From the NCBI GenBank assembly GCA_963796275.1, contig CAWCKY010000007.1:544001-608000 (forward strand): a stretch of DNA of 64,000 nt. The letters are read 5' to 3'. Below the pieces are notes generated by a model. The model was not told the origin of the DNA. It was given only the letters and a program-made list of their open reading frames with translations, and did no database searches. The DNA comes from an uncultured Acidobacteriota bacterium (GTDB lineage: Bacteria; Acidobacteriota; Blastocatellia; RBC074). This document shows, in pieces, positions 1 through 11,900 of this stretch; positions within the stretch are counted from its first letter, which is position 1; each line of letters opens with the position of its first letter. Made by a program: the position numbers and the translations under genes.

Positions 1-268
1 AATCGTTGTAAATCCCTATACGCTTGTTAGCAATTCTTGTATACTCGACTCCTTGTACCCATCTTGTATTTGTTTTGACCTCACGAAATCATGAAAAGTC
101 TTCATCATCACTCGCCTTTTGATTATTGCGGATTTCGGTTAAGCAGATACCAGCACGAAGACAAAGAGGAGAGAGGGGGATAGGTGTCTACTGTATGGGT
201 GCACGTTTGCATCTCTATCCCTCTGTTGCCAGTACGCTTACTTCGCCACTGAAATTGGATAAAGAAGA

Positions 269-1792
269 ATGAAAATTTTGCTCTACAACCCTGATAACGG
301 AATAACACGCAATTACATGCCGCATCTTTGGATGTTCGTGCTTCAATCCCTCACTCCTCCCGGTCACGAAGTGCTGCTGGTCGATGGCAACACACAGGCA
401 ATGGACGAGGAAGCTATCGCGCGCTTCGTGCGCGAGGAACAGATCGGGCTGGTGGGCATTGGCGCGATGACCCGCATGATAGCAAAAGCTTATCGGATGG
501 CCGACGCGATCCGCGCAACCGGGGTCCCCGTCGTCATGGGCGGACCCCACGTAACCGAAATGCCGGATGAAGCGCTCGGGCGGGATGGCGGTGTTCGCCA
601 CGCCGATGCGGTGGCCCTGGGTGAAGCCGATGAAACCTGGCCCAGGATTGTTGAGGATGCCGCCCGCGGTGAACTGAAAGAGGTCTATGAGCCCATAGAT
701 GAGACGGGCAAGGAACGCAAGCCGAGTCTTCAGCCCTATCCGATAATTCCGTGGGATACGCTCGATCTCAATCACTTCAATCTCGTTCCCAAGATACTGC
801 GGCCCATCCTCCGGCGTCTGGGAGTCAAGCTGAATTCGTTCCGTGTGGTGCCGATCGAATCGGGGCGCGGATGTCCTTACGGATGCGAATTCTGCACGGT
901 TACCGGCTTCTTCGGCGACTCGATCCGTTTTCGTTCCAACGAGAGCATCGTCGAGGAGATGTTGCGGCTGAAGGCCCGCGCACGGAGAGAAGGCGGTCAG
1001 ATCGCTGTGTCGTTCGTCGATGATAACTTTGCGATCAACATCAAAAGGACGAAATCGCTACTCCGCGACATTATCGCGGCCGATGCCCAGCTTCCATTTA
1101 TCGCGCAGATCAGCGCCAACCTGCTGCGCGACGAGGAACTGGTCGACCTCCTCGCCGCCGGCGGCGGCAGATGGATATTCATCGGCATGGAGTCGATCGA
1201 CCCGGTCAACCTGGCCGATGTCAACAAGGGCTTCAATAAGCCGGGAGAGTATGCGGCGGTGCTCGATCGGCTCGCCCAGCGCAACCTCTACGCCATCACA
1301 TCCTTCATCTTCGGGATGGACAACGACACGCCGGGAGTTGCCAAGCGGACGCTGGAACAGATTCAGAGCTGGCCGCCGGGGCTGCCCGTCTTCGGCCTGC
1401 TGACGCCATTCCCATCGACCCCGCTCTATAAGCGACTCGAGACGGCGGGACGGCTGACGCGGCCCAAGCACTGGCTCGATTTTGCGCCTTTTCAGATGGC
1501 GCACACGCCGCTCAAGATGAGTTCCTCGGAAGTTCATCGCGAGGTCGCTCTGGCGTGGACGGCTTCGTACAGCCCGGAACGGATCACCGAGGCGATCGAT
1601 TCGATCAATTACAAACCGGTCGAGTCCCGGATCATCCATCTCATCGCGCGCTTCTTCTTTCGCGGGATCTATTTTCCGCAGATGGGCGTGTGGGACTGGC
1701 TGAAAGTCATCGCTCAGAATCGAAAGACGATCTTCAGGCTGGTGGGAGAGGCATTTGGCGCGCGGAAGGCGCGAAAGAAACAGTCGGCATGA
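269..1792 (+). CDS. B12-binding domain / radical SAM protein
   Basis: 507-aa ORF; N-terminal cobalamin-binding-like region (VVMGGPHVT, ALGEAD) and radical SAM motif GRGCPYGCEFC (CxxxCxxC). Confidence 0.9.
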   Translation: MKILLYNPDNGITRNYMPHLWMFVLQSLTPPGHEVLLVDGNTQAMDEEAIARFVREEQIGLVGIGAMTRMIAKAYRMADAIRATGVPVVMGGPHVTEMPDEALGRDGGVRHADAVALGEADETWPRIVEDAARGELKEVYEPIDETGKERKPSLQPYPIIPWDTLDLNHFNLVPKILRPILRRLGVKLNSFRVVPIESGRGCPYGCEFCTVTGFFGDSIRFRSNESIVEEMLRLKARARREGGQIAVSFVDDNFAINIKRTKSLLRDIIAADAQLPFIAQISANLLRDEELVDLLAAGGGRWIFIGMESIDPVNLADVNKGFNKPGEYAAVLDRLAQRNLYAITSFIFGMDNDTPGVAKRTLEQIQSWPPGLPVFGLLTPFPSTPLYKRLETAGRLTRPKHWLDFAPFQMAHTPLKMSSSEVHREVALAWTASYSPERITEAIDSINYKPVESRIIHLIARFFFRGIYFPQMGVWDWLKVIAQNRKTIFRLVGEAFGARKARKKQSA

Positions 1793-1795
1793 CTA

Positions 1796-1870
1796 TTCAC
1801 CACAAAGCCGCACAAAGCAAAAAAGCCGGTAATAGAGCTTGGTATTTTTGTTTTTTGCATTTGTGGTGAA
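1796..1870. repeat. Degenerate extragenic inverted repeat (TTCACCACAAA...TTTGTGGTGAA), possible terminator
   Basis: 11-bp terminal inverted arms right after the radical SAM stop, with an imperfect A-rich/T-rich inner stem. Confidence 0.5.
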
Positions 1871-2255
1871 TCAGTCTTCGGCTTTTGCGCCGAGTCCCTT
1901 CAGCTCGCATCGCCGATAACGACGAAGCCGCCCCAATAGAATGGGTGTGCGTATTCCGGGTTTTGCATAACTTTCAATGCCGCCCGCCTCATCGCCTCCG
2001 CCGTGGAGGCGGCTGCTTGCGGTTTGTCATATCTAGCCTTAAACATTTTGTGAAACTCTACCATCAGGGCGGTCGTGCTCGATGCCTTTCCCTAATTTAC
2101 ATATGTCCCCCTCATTTACCAGCTCGGTCGCATGGCACTTCTTTTCTACTTTTCAACAGCCCTTACCGTATTGGCTCTGGTTATCGTTATCTTCGCTGCT
2201 ACTCGTAATGCTACCTTACCGCCATCGAACTACATTTTGCAAATGCCTATGTCCT

Positions 2256-2542
<287 letters not shown>

Positions 2543-2544
2543 AT

Positions 2545-2847
2545 TTAAAGTCCTGCCTGCGAGGCGGTAAAGGAGGCGGTAAAGGCTGAACCTTTCTTGT
2601 ACGCATCAAAGTTACCTGCATTACCTATAACATTTTTTTGTTCTCGACTGAAAAGGGGTTTCTCGCTCAAGATGAAATCAATATCCCTCGAGATATTCTG
2701 TTGATAGAAATCGAAGAGCTTCTGATCAAATGTGCGAATGGTAGTGGCGTCGTCCGACTGCGATAGAGAATAGACTTTCAGCGGACGATCGAAACATACA
2801 AGCCATGTCAAATAACAATGTTCCAAATGACAAAATATAAGAAACAT
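2545..2847 (-). CDS. Hypothetical protein or gene fragment in an AT-rich patch
   Basis: 100-aa ATG ORF; no recognised motif. Confidence 0.3.
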   Translation of the reverse strand: MFLIFCHLEHCYLTWLVCFDRPLKVYSLSQSDDATTIRTFDQKLFDFYQQNISRDIDFILSEKPLFSREQKNVIGNAGNFDAYKKGSAFTASFTASQAGL

Positions 2848-3372
2848 TTAGGTAATCACACAAACACTTCTGTTAGTAGGCGCTAAAACAGACAATACTA
2901 TTACATTACTTTTAATTGATAGAGATGATACCGTATACACTTTTCCTTTCTGTTTTAATCTTGCGACCTACAATTAACGGAATCAAACCGCAATAGATCA
3001 GCCTAATACTATTCACCCCATAGTTAATATAAAAAGAGCGAACTCATGCGTCTTACGTCAAACTAATGTTATTATGAGCATATTTAGGTAGAGCGAATTC
3101 TTGACATCGAGCTATTGAAGATTTAGTATCGCCGCGATCTATTATTCCCCCAAATTCCATCTCACGTTTCCACACATTAAGTGACCCCATTGAATTTGCA
3201 TTAGTGGTAAGTTGTGCGCTACTCGGCGTCTGCGAAGCCACATAGGCTGTTAAACAACCGATTCCATTTGGGAGCAGCGACTATCGTTTCCTCTTTCGAC
3301 AGATATTTTTGTCTGGGCTAGCTTTAGCTATGCCTTTAGCCAACGATCATACTAACTATTAGGAGGTTTTAG

Positions 3373-4731
3373 ATGAGAAAGACCTTTGTGATGTTCCTGA
3401 CTATAGCGCTTATGGGGCTTACATTATTACCGGAATCCGGGAAGGGGCAGAAGGATGTTACTACAGATTCACGTAGCGATGCGGAGTGGGTACCAGGTGA
3501 GATGTTGGTGCAGTTTAAGGCAGGTGCCGGAAATATTGGTAAGAATCAGGCGCTAGCCAGAATCAATGGCGAAGAGATGCAAATGGTGATGTCCGAAGAA
3601 CGCCGTAACGATGGTCAAGGGCATCTCGTTCTGGTGAGGTACCAGCCAGATATCCCGCTGGATGCGGCGATGAGCAGTCTGCGAGAAGATCCGAATGTGA
3701 TGTGGGTCGAGAAAAATCAGGTATACAGACACCAGCAGATGTCGAACGATCCGGGGTTTCCCCAGCTCTATGGGATGCAAGGTCCCACAACCTCTCCTGC
3801 CAACCAGTTCGGCAGCAATGCAGCGGCGGCGTGGGCTGCAGGTGCTACTGGCAGTGAAACGGTCTACGTCGGCGTCATTGACGAAGGTATTCAAATCATT
3901 CACCCAGATCTACAAGGCAATATCTGGGTTAATCCATTCGATCCCGTCAATGGCAGAGACGATGATAACAATGGCTTGGTGGACGATGTTAATGGCTTTG
4001 ATTTCGCCAATAACGACAATACGGTCTATGACGGCGGCCAGGCCGGCAATGCCGATGACCACGGCACCCATGTCGCCGGCACCATCGGAGCCGTTGGAAA
4101 TAACGGTTTAGGCGTGGTCGGCATAAATTGGGCTGTTACACTTATCTCTGGCAAGTTCCTCGGAACGAACGGAGGAACCACTGCCAACGCGGTGAGGGCT
4201 ATAGATTACTTCACCGACCTAAAACTCCGGCACGGCTTGAACATTGTCGCGACCAATAATTCGTGGGGTGGCGGCGGCTTCTCGCAGGCGCTGCGAGACG
4301 CTATTGAGCGCGCCAACCGTGCGGGCATCCTCTTTGTTGCCGCGGCGGGCAATAATGGGAGTAATAACGACACTACCGCGAACTACCCGTCAAATTACAC
4401 TAATGCCAATGTTATAGCAGTCGCCTCAATTACAAGTACTGGTGCCAGATCGTCCTTCTCGAACTTCGGAGCAACTACCGTCGATATCGGGGCTCCAGGA
4501 TCGGGCATCATCTCGACGACTGCCTTCAGCGTCTACTCGAATTTCAGTGGAACATCGATGGCGACGCCGCACGTCACCGGAGCCTGCGCTCTCTACGCGT
4601 CCGTGTATCCTGGTGCGAGCGCGGCGCAGATCAAAAACGCAATATTATCGAGCGGTGTACCTACTCCCTCACTCGCGGGCATAACCGTGACAGGACGTAG
4701 ACTTGATGTCTTTCGCGCCCTTACACAATAG
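3373..4731 (+). CDS. Secreted S8 (subtilisin-like) serine protease with propeptide
   Basis: AGGAGG RBS, signal peptide, triad motifs VGVIDEG, HGTHVAG and GTSMATP, oxyanion motif AAGN. Confidence 0.95.
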   Translation: MRKTFVMFLTIALMGLTLLPESGKGQKDVTTDSRSDAEWVPGEMLVQFKAGAGNIGKNQALARINGEEMQMVMSEERRNDGQGHLVLVRYQPDIPLDAAMSSLREDPNVMWVEKNQVYRHQQMSNDPGFPQLYGMQGPTTSPANQFGSNAAAAWAAGATGSETVYVGVIDEGIQIIHPDLQGNIWVNPFDPVNGRDDDNNGLVDDVNGFDFANNDNTVYDGGQAGNADDHGTHVAGTIGAVGNNGLGVVGINWAVTLISGKFLGTNGGTTANAVRAIDYFTDLKLRHGLNIVATNNSWGGGGFSQALRDAIERANRAGILFVAAAGNNGSNNDTTANYPSNYTNANVIAVASITSTGARSSFSNFGATTVDIGAPGSGIISTTAFSVYSNFSGTSMATPHVTGACALYASVYPGASAAQIKNAILSSGVPTPSLAGITVTGRRLDVFRALTQ

Positions 4732-4741
4732 AACTCGCGTG

Positions 4742-4768
4742 GTAGGACAGGTCGCCAACCTGTCCTAC
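4742..4768. repeat. REP-like palindrome GTAGGACAGG-N7-CCTGTCCTAC
   Basis: Perfect 10-bp inverted arms starting with GTAG, just after the protease stop. Confidence 0.7.
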
Positions 4769-4862
4769 TCATATATCGATTTTGGGAGACGAAATTCGGC
4801 TGCAATATTCCGTGTGAGCGTTCGGTTTCGACTGGAACGTTCTATATCTCCGCCAATGATTG

Positions 4863-4890
4863 AAAAGCCGCTATCGCTAGCGGCTTTTTT
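4863..4890 (+). terminator. Rho-independent terminator
   Basis: AAAAGCCGCTA-TCGC-TAGCGGCTTTTTT stem-loop followed by a T tract. Confidence 0.7.
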
Positions 4891-5353
4891 CTTGAAATAG
4901 TGATGGCACAGTCGGGATCAATCGCTTTGCCTCTACCACGCTGACGGTCGTCTTCAGGGTTCTGCAGCTATTGAATGCTAAAACATGCCGATTGTAATAA
5001 AGGTCACCAAACGAACAATCACGATCAAAGTCTAAGAGAGAAGGAAGAAGATAAGAGATTGGTGAGTCCTTCACCGACTCGGTATCTTCCGGAAGCTGAC
5101 ATATCCCCCAGGCAGATTCGAGTCTTCATTAGTGCCTTCCTTATGTGCGCGAATTTCACGATTTGCCCTTGTTCTCAGCCGCAATTTTCGTGAATATTCA
5201 ATAGTCTTGCACTGGGAATGAAAATGGATGGGACAAGCTACCACCCTATCCTGACCATTTTCTAAAGAATCATCATACCGCCACAGAGACGACCTAAAAC
5301 AATGACAATCACTGGAGCGCAAGCGCTCCCGGTGGTTGCAGAGGAGATAGATA

Positions 5354-6763
5354 ATGTCATTCGCCCGCATCCTTCCATTCCTTCTCTCTCTCGTCTTCGT
5401 CTCGACTCTGTCTCCCCAAAAGAGACAGACCGATCTGCCGAAGATAGAGGAAGAGACTCTGCGCCACTTTCAGGCGCTAATTAAAATCGACACCAGCGAC
5501 CCGCCGGGCCACGAAGCGCCGGCGGTCGAATATTTAAAAACCGTCCTGGAACGTGAGGGGATCGAGACGAAGACCTTTGCCCTGGATCCCAAGAGGCCCA
5601 ACCTCGTGGCCCGCATCCGCGGCAGCGGCAAAAAACGCCCGATCCTGATCATGGGGCACACGGATGTCGTCAATGTCGATCCGGCGAAATGGAAGCATCC
5701 TCCCTTCTCGGCGACGCGCGAGGGCGGCTACATATACGGGCGCGGAACGGTGGACGACAAAGATAACGTCGTGGCCGGGCTGATGTTGATGCTCTCGCTC
5801 AAACGGCAAAACGTTCCTCTCGACCGAGACGTCATCTACCTGGCCGAGTCGGGAGAGGAGGGAAGCGTCCGATACGGGATCGACTTCATGGTGAAGCAGC
5901 ACTTTCAGGAGATAGATGCCGAATACTGTTTCGCCGAGGGCGGCAATGTCGTCCGCACCGGCGGTAAGTTGCGCTACGCCGGGGTGGAAACCTCGGAAAA
6001 GATCCCCTATGCCGTGAGGCTAACTGCACGCGGGCCATCGGGACACGGATCGGTCCCGCTGCGCGGCAATGCCATCGCCCACCTCTCACAGGCTATTGCA
6101 AAGGTTTCCGCATGGCAGACTCCCATGAGACTGAATGACACGACCCGGACATATTTTGAACGGCTCGCCAAGATCAGCTCGCCCGAAGAGGCCGCGCGCT
6201 ATAACAATATCGTGCAGGGGAAAGACCTGGTCGCCGTTCAGGAATATTTTGCCGTGCACGCCCCGAGGCTCCATTCGACGCTCAGGACTTCGATCTCGCC
6301 GAATATCATCAAGGGCGGGTATCGTGTGAATGTGATCCCGTCGGAAGCCGAGGCGACGCTCGATATACGCGCACTGCCCGATGAAGACATACCGCGATTG
6401 TTGGAGCAGATCCGGCAGGTGATCAATGATCCGGCGGTCGAAGTCGCAAAGATCGAGCGAGACACGCGGCCGGGGGCCAAACCTTCGCGGCTCGATACCG
6501 AAGCTTTCAGGACCATCGAGGAGGCGGTCAAACGCAATTATGACGTGGTGACGATCCCGGTAATGAGCACTGGCGCGACCGACATGGCCTATCTTCGCGC
6601 GCGCGGCGTGCAGTGCTACGGCATCGGGCCTGTGATCGACAGCGAAGACGGTCCCAAGGGCTTTGGCGCGCACAGCGACCAGGAGCGGATACTCGAAGAA
6701 TCGCTCTACAAGTTCGTCCGCTTTCAATGGGAAGTCGTATTGAGTCTGGCGGCGACCGAGTGA
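5354..6763 (+). CDS. M20/M25/M40 family metallopeptidase (exported)
   Basis: GAGGAG RBS, signal peptide, motifs GHTDVV, GRGTVDDK, GEE, GATD, AHSDQER. Confidence 0.93.
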   Translation: MSFARILPFLLSLVFVSTLSPQKRQTDLPKIEEETLRHFQALIKIDTSDPPGHEAPAVEYLKTVLEREGIETKTFALDPKRPNLVARIRGSGKKRPILIMGHTDVVNVDPAKWKHPPFSATREGGYIYGRGTVDDKDNVVAGLMLMLSLKRQNVPLDRDVIYLAESGEEGSVRYGIDFMVKQHFQEIDAEYCFAEGGNVVRTGGKLRYAGVETSEKIPYAVRLTARGPSGHGSVPLRGNAIAHLSQAIAKVSAWQTPMRLNDTTRTYFERLAKISSPEEAARYNNIVQGKDLVAVQEYFAVHAPRLHSTLRTSISPNIIKGGYRVNVIPSEAEATLDIRALPDEDIPRLLEQIRQVINDPAVEVAKIERDTRPGAKPSRLDTEAFRTIEEAVKRNYDVVTIPVMSTGATDMAYLRARGVQCYGIGPVIDSEDGPKGFGAHSDQERILEESLYKFVRFQWEVVLSLAATE

Positions 6764-6810
6764 GTGGCAGCAGGGCAACAAGGGGGAAACAGGGGGGGTA
6801 ACAGAGGCCG

Positions 6811-7227
6811 ATGTTTGAAATACGACTACAGACCTTTTGGGCCGATGCGGATCCCGCGGGGCTGGTATATTTCGCCAATTTCTTTCGTTTTGTGGACAGC
6901 GCTGAGGCGGAGTTGTTTCGTTCGGCCGGGGCTGAAAGAATGGACCTCTGGGATGAGAGCGATGTTTGGATGCCCCGCGTGGAATCGTTCGCTAAGTTCA
7001 GCAAGCCGGTGCGGGCGGAAGAGGCTATCTTTGTCCGCCTGCGCACGCGGATCAAAGGCGAAAAGACGGTGCGAATGGAGTTCGAGATTTTAAGCGCGAA
7101 CGACCGTTCGCTGCTCGCCGAAGGCTACGTTACGGCGGTCTGCATAAGTCGCCAGACCTCCAGATCGTGTCCATTGCCTCCCAAGGTTCGCGCAGCCTAC
7201 GAGCAGGCTGCTGCTGAAGGCGGGTAG
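6811..7227 (+). CDS. Acyl-CoA thioesterase (4HBT/YbgC hotdog family)
   Basis: 138 aa; WADADPAGLVYFANFFRF motif. Confidence 0.88.
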   Translation: MFEIRLQTFWADADPAGLVYFANFFRFVDSAEAELFRSAGAERMDLWDESDVWMPRVESFAKFSKPVRAEEAIFVRLRTRIKGEKTVRMEFEILSANDRSLLAEGYVTAVCISRQTSRSCPLPPKVRAAYEQAAAEGG

Positions 7228-7309
7228 GATTGACAACATAAATTACAAAAGATAAGAAGCTGCACAAACATCATCGTTCTAAGTTTGTGGTGCATTTCTG
7301 TTTCTGACT

Positions 7310-8842
7310 ATGCGATTAACATATCCCGATTTGACACTGCATGAGGTCTTAAACGCTACAGCACGTAAATATCCGTCCCGTGTCGCGATCGTATTTGGAG
7401 ATCGAAGCCTGACCTTCTCCGACCTTGACGCCGAGTCGAACCGTTTGGCACACGGCCTTCGCGCGCTCGGGCTTGAGTCCGGCGATCGGCTCGGTCTCTT
7501 CATGCCTAACTGCCTGGAGTTTGAAATTGGCTTCTACGCAGCCAGCAAGCTCGGGGCAGCCGCCTGTCCCCTCAACTCCTCGTATCGCGAACGCGAGATC
7601 ACGTACCAGTTGAACGACTCGGGCGCTTCCATTCTTATCACGCATACCAGACTCTGGCCGGTGGTCGAGGCCGCGCGGCCGAATCTTGCGCATCTTCGCA
7701 CGATCGTCCTGATCGGTGACGATCTGTCATCGCCGAATGTTGTGCGATATCAGGACGTCGTCTCCGGTCAACCCGCCGATCCGCCGTCCGTGAATGTCGC
7801 TTCGGATCAACTCGCCGTGCTGCCTTATTCCAGCGGCACGACCGGCCTCCCGAAGGGCGTGATGCTGACGCACCGCAATATCGTCTCGAATCAGGAGCAG
7901 TATATCGATGTGACCCAACTCGGCCCCGACGATTCATATATCATCTATATGCCGCTCTCGCACATCTTCGGCATAACGATGATAGGCCTCGCAGTCCGGG
8001 CCGGAATGAAGCAGATCATCACCGAACGCTTTGATCTCGAGAATGTCGTTAATCTGATTGAAACGCACGGCGTGACCTGGCTCTTCGCCGTACCGCCGGT
8101 GCTGCTCGCGCTCGCCAACGCGCCCGACCTTGAAGCGTCGCAGTTCCGCTCGATCAAATACGTATTCAGCGCCGCCGCGCCGCTCGCGCCCGAGGTGGCG
8201 CGGCGCGTCGAATCCCGCTTCGGCCTGCGCGTGGTTCAGGGGTATGGTCTGACGGAAGCTTCGCCGGCCGTTTATCACAGCCCGCTGGATCCAGCGCGCA
8301 TCAAGCTCGAGAGCGGCGGCGTCCTCATGGCCGATACCGAGTCTCGGATCGTCGACCTCGAGACCGGCGAACGCACGCTTGCGCCCGGCGAGGTCGGCGA
8401 AATCGTCGTGCGCGGCCCGCAGGTGATGCAGGGATATTGGAACGCGCCGGAGGAGACCGCCAGGGCCTTGCGCGGAGGATGGTTGTATACGGGGGATATC
8501 GGGTGGTTGGACGAGGAAGGTTACATTTTCATCGTCGACCGCAAAAAGGAGATGATCAAGTATAAAAGCTTCAGCATAGCGCCAGCCGAACTGGAAGCCG
8601 TGCTGCTGGAACATCCCGACGTAGTCGATTGCGGCGTCACCGGAGTAGCTGATGCTGAGGCGGGTGAGGTGCCGAAAGCCTTCGTCGTTCTGCGCGCGGG
8701 GAGCAAGGTTGATACGGATGAACTGGCGCGGTTCGTCGCCGAACGCGTGGCCGGCTACAAGCAGATTCGCCAGTTCGAGGTGATGGAGAGCATTCCCAGG
8801 ACGCCGTCCGGCAAGATTCTGCGGCGAATGCTCAAGGGATAG
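7310..8842 (+). CDS. AMP-dependent acyl/aryl-CoA ligase (4-coumarate-CoA ligase / long-chain fatty acid-CoA ligase-like)
   Basis: YSSGTTGLPKG, QGYGLTE, TGDIG, DRKKEMIK and PRTPSGKILR motifs. Confidence 0.93.
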   Translation: MRLTYPDLTLHEVLNATARKYPSRVAIVFGDRSLTFSDLDAESNRLAHGLRALGLESGDRLGLFMPNCLEFEIGFYAASKLGAAACPLNSSYREREITYQLNDSGASILITHTRLWPVVEAARPNLAHLRTIVLIGDDLSSPNVVRYQDVVSGQPADPPSVNVASDQLAVLPYSSGTTGLPKGVMLTHRNIVSNQEQYIDVTQLGPDDSYIIYMPLSHIFGITMIGLAVRAGMKQIITERFDLENVVNLIETHGVTWLFAVPPVLLALANAPDLEASQFRSIKYVFSAAAPLAPEVARRVESRFGLRVVQGYGLTEASPAVYHSPLDPARIKLESGGVLMADTESRIVDLETGERTLAPGEVGEIVVRGPQVMQGYWNAPEETARALRGGWLYTGDIGWLDEEGYIFIVDRKKEMIKYKSFSIAPAELEAVLLEHPDVVDCGVTGVADAEAGEVPKAFVVLRAGSKVDTDELARFVAERVAGYKQIRQFEVMESIPRTPSGKILRRMLKG

Positions 8843-8858
8843 GATTTCTCCACAAGTA

Positions 8859-8909
8859 ACGCAAAAAGGACCACAAAAATCTCTCGGTGTTTTTGTGGTC
8901 CTTTTGCGT
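8859..8909. terminator. Inverted repeat / bidirectional terminator between convergent genes
   Basis: ACGCAAAAAGGACCACAAAAA ... TTTTTGTGGTCCTTTTGCGT, near-perfect stem. Confidence 0.7.
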
Positions 8910-8931
8910 CATCTGTAGTGAGTATTTCTTC

Positions 8932-11900
8932 CTAGAATGTGAACTTCATTCCGAGTTGGATGTCGCGCGGATTATTTCGCTGCGCTCCCACCAAGCCGAA
9001 TGCCATGTTGTTCGGATCGAGGTTTAACCCTGCGCCGAAGTAGGGGCTATTGAAGGCGTTGAGCGCCTCGGCTCGGAACTGCAATCGCTTCCGCTCGCTG
9101 AGGCTAAAGTTTTTCGTGAGCGACAGGTTGACGTTCAAGAATGACTGGTTGCGTAAGTTATCGAGCGTCGACGGGACGTTGCGATAGCCGAAATCGGACA
9201 GTGCCACGAGACCGGAATCGAAGGCCGAAAGTTCGTCGATTCCATACGTCTCCCCCTGCTCATTCTTTTGACCCACCCTGCTTCTCAACTCTGTCAAGTC
9301 GCCGGCATAGAACAATGGGTCATCGAAGAGGAACGGCTCGCCCTTTTGCCATTCATATGTGCCATTGAATTGCCACCCGCCAATAAACGCGTCGACGATG
9401 CGGTTCATGCCGCTTCCGAACCTCCGCCCGCGTCCCACGGGCAATTGATAGACCGCGGCGATCGTGAACCGATGCGGGCGCTCATCGGGCGAGATGCGGT
9501 TCTCCAGCACGGAATCGGAAGCATTCAGGTAACTCACCCGCTCGCGCAGCCGCGTCCAGGTATATGTCCCGGTGAAAGAGAAGCTGTTCGAAAATCGCTT
9601 CTGTGCCTGAAATTGTAGCGAGCTGTATCTGTTTGTGCCGTTGTACTGTTGGAGCCACACGTTGGCGAATTGTGGGAACGCCCCCATCGACCGCCAGCGC
9701 TCAATCTCCTGGTCGGTGTTCAGAGGGCTTCCGGTTCCCGGCAACAGGTTCCTGAAGGGGTTGGGTATCTCGTCCCCCAGGAAAGCTTCGGCTGCATCCG
9801 CAGTGTCAGGCGTATCTCCCAGATACTGCCGCGGGACGAAGTTCAAACTCCTGGTAACTGCCAGATCGTATCCGCGCGCCATGACGAAGTTGGCCTCGAC
9901 GACAAATTGTCCTGGCAGCTCTCGCTGAAAGCCCAGGATAAACCGCGCAAACTTCGCGTTCTTGCGGTTAGGAGTAATCAGAGGATTGTCTTGCGTTCCC
10001 GCATCGAAACCGACATTGCTCAGCAATCCGAGGCTGGCGCCGGGAGATGCCTGAAGTCCGGTAGGGAATGGGTTGTCGAAAGTCGCAATGAAATTCCGGC
10101 CATTGTCATTTGTCGGCACGAATGGCGTGAAACCGGAAAAGCCGATCTGGTAGGGAGTCTCGATCATGAATGGAGCCGTGAAGATGCCGAACCCGGCGCG
10201 CAGCACCGTCTTCTCGTTCAACTTGTAAGCTGCTCCTATGCGCGGCTGGAAGTTGCTCCTGTCCGCATTCCAGGCTGCCCGGTTGTTCTCGTCAGCATAG
10301 ATGAGCCCGCCAAGGATGCGAAATTGGTCGGGCGGCAGCAGAAAATTGCCCGGATTGGCATTATAGGCCGCTGTGTATGCGGCCCGAGCCGCCGCATCGA
10401 TCGGACTCGGCGTCGCCGAATCGAAATCGCGGACGATTCGATTGTAACGTTCGGTTTGGCCCGGTTCGATTTCGTAGCGCATCCCCAGATTCAGGGTGAG
10501 TTTCGGCGTTACGCGCCAGTCGTCATGAAAGAAGAATCCGTGAAAGACCGATTGGAGAGAGTAGTTGACCGGGTTTTCGATCCGGCTCTGAGTAGTTTGA
10601 GTGGTTGGAATGCCTAAAAGAAATGCGGCGACGTCCCGCCCGTAGGCGTTGCGAAGGGCGGCCGTCGTATTGGAGACCGGGCTCGTGTACATGCCGTCAA
10701 AGAAAAAGCGACCGCCCTGATAACCGTCGCTCGTGAAGTTCTCGCGGATGATGCGCAGGTCATAGCCGAACTTCGAAGCATGATTTCCGAAAATCTTGGT
10801 CACCGTGGGCTGAATTGATCCCATCTGGAACGGGCGCAGCAAGCCCGCATTGTAATCGGATCGATTCGAACCCAGGGTAGACCGGGTAGGCCTGCGTTGG
10901 TCGTAAGTTCTGATGTCGAAGCGCGGCAGATAGTTATAACCGCGCATCGACCCCAATGCTTCAGGTGTGAAACCCAGCAGCGCCGGATCGAAATCCTGGG
11001 CGGGCCGTCGTTCCTGCGCGAATCGGTTGATGCTCGCCCGCAAATCGAGCACGACGGTCGGTGACAATGTTACCGTATAGTCTATGTTGCCTCCGTCGTT
11101 GGTGCGGTATTCGAAGCCCTTGGTGATGGGGAAGTTGTTCACCACGCCCGCCCAGTCGTAACGATCTTCGGGATTGAAGCTGCGGTAGTACTTGCCGAAG
11201 ATCGATTGTTTGTCGCTGATTTTGTGATCGATACGAGTGAGCCAGGCCCGGTAGTTCGATCTCCGATTCATATTCGAGAAATAGTTCAAAGTGCCATCCG
11301 GACCACCTGTCCGATTAGGTAGCGGATAATATTTAAAATACGCGAGAGCAACCGGATCGAGCATCCCATTGGGGATGATATTGCCATCGAAGGGCGTCCG
11401 CATGTAATTACCTGTGCCGCTTTGCGGCGCGCTAAACGGGTTGTATATCTGCGTCCCCACAGCGAGCAGTTCCGAGAAATTGCCCTGCCGCATCAACTCC
11501 GTCGGTACGTCGAAGAGCTGCGGCTCCGCGACATTGTCCCTGATGCGTTCGTGCGAGAAGAGGAAGAAGGTGCGGTCGCGCCCGTTGTAGAGTTTGGGAA
11601 GATAGACGGGGCCGCTCAGCACTCCGCCGAAGCGGTGATATGATCTTTCGGGACGCTCAAGGCCCTGCTGGTTCGAGAAGAAGTTGTTGGCAGTGCGGCT
11701 CCGGTCGCGGTTGAAGTACCAGAGCGAGCCGTGCAGATCATTCGTCCCGCTTTTGACCGCGACGTTGACAGTCGCTCCCGCCGAATATCCCTGCTGCGCG
11801 TCGAAAAGTGTTGTCTGGACCTTGAACTCCTGAACGGCATCAGATGGCGGCGAAAAACCGACGCTGCCGTCAAAACCGTAATTGGGCGAGCCGTCCAGCG

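Noticed and set aside
4877-5370. Short ORFs or an ncRNA between the subtilase and the M20 peptidase
   Set aside because: No motif, RBS or recognisable RNA structure
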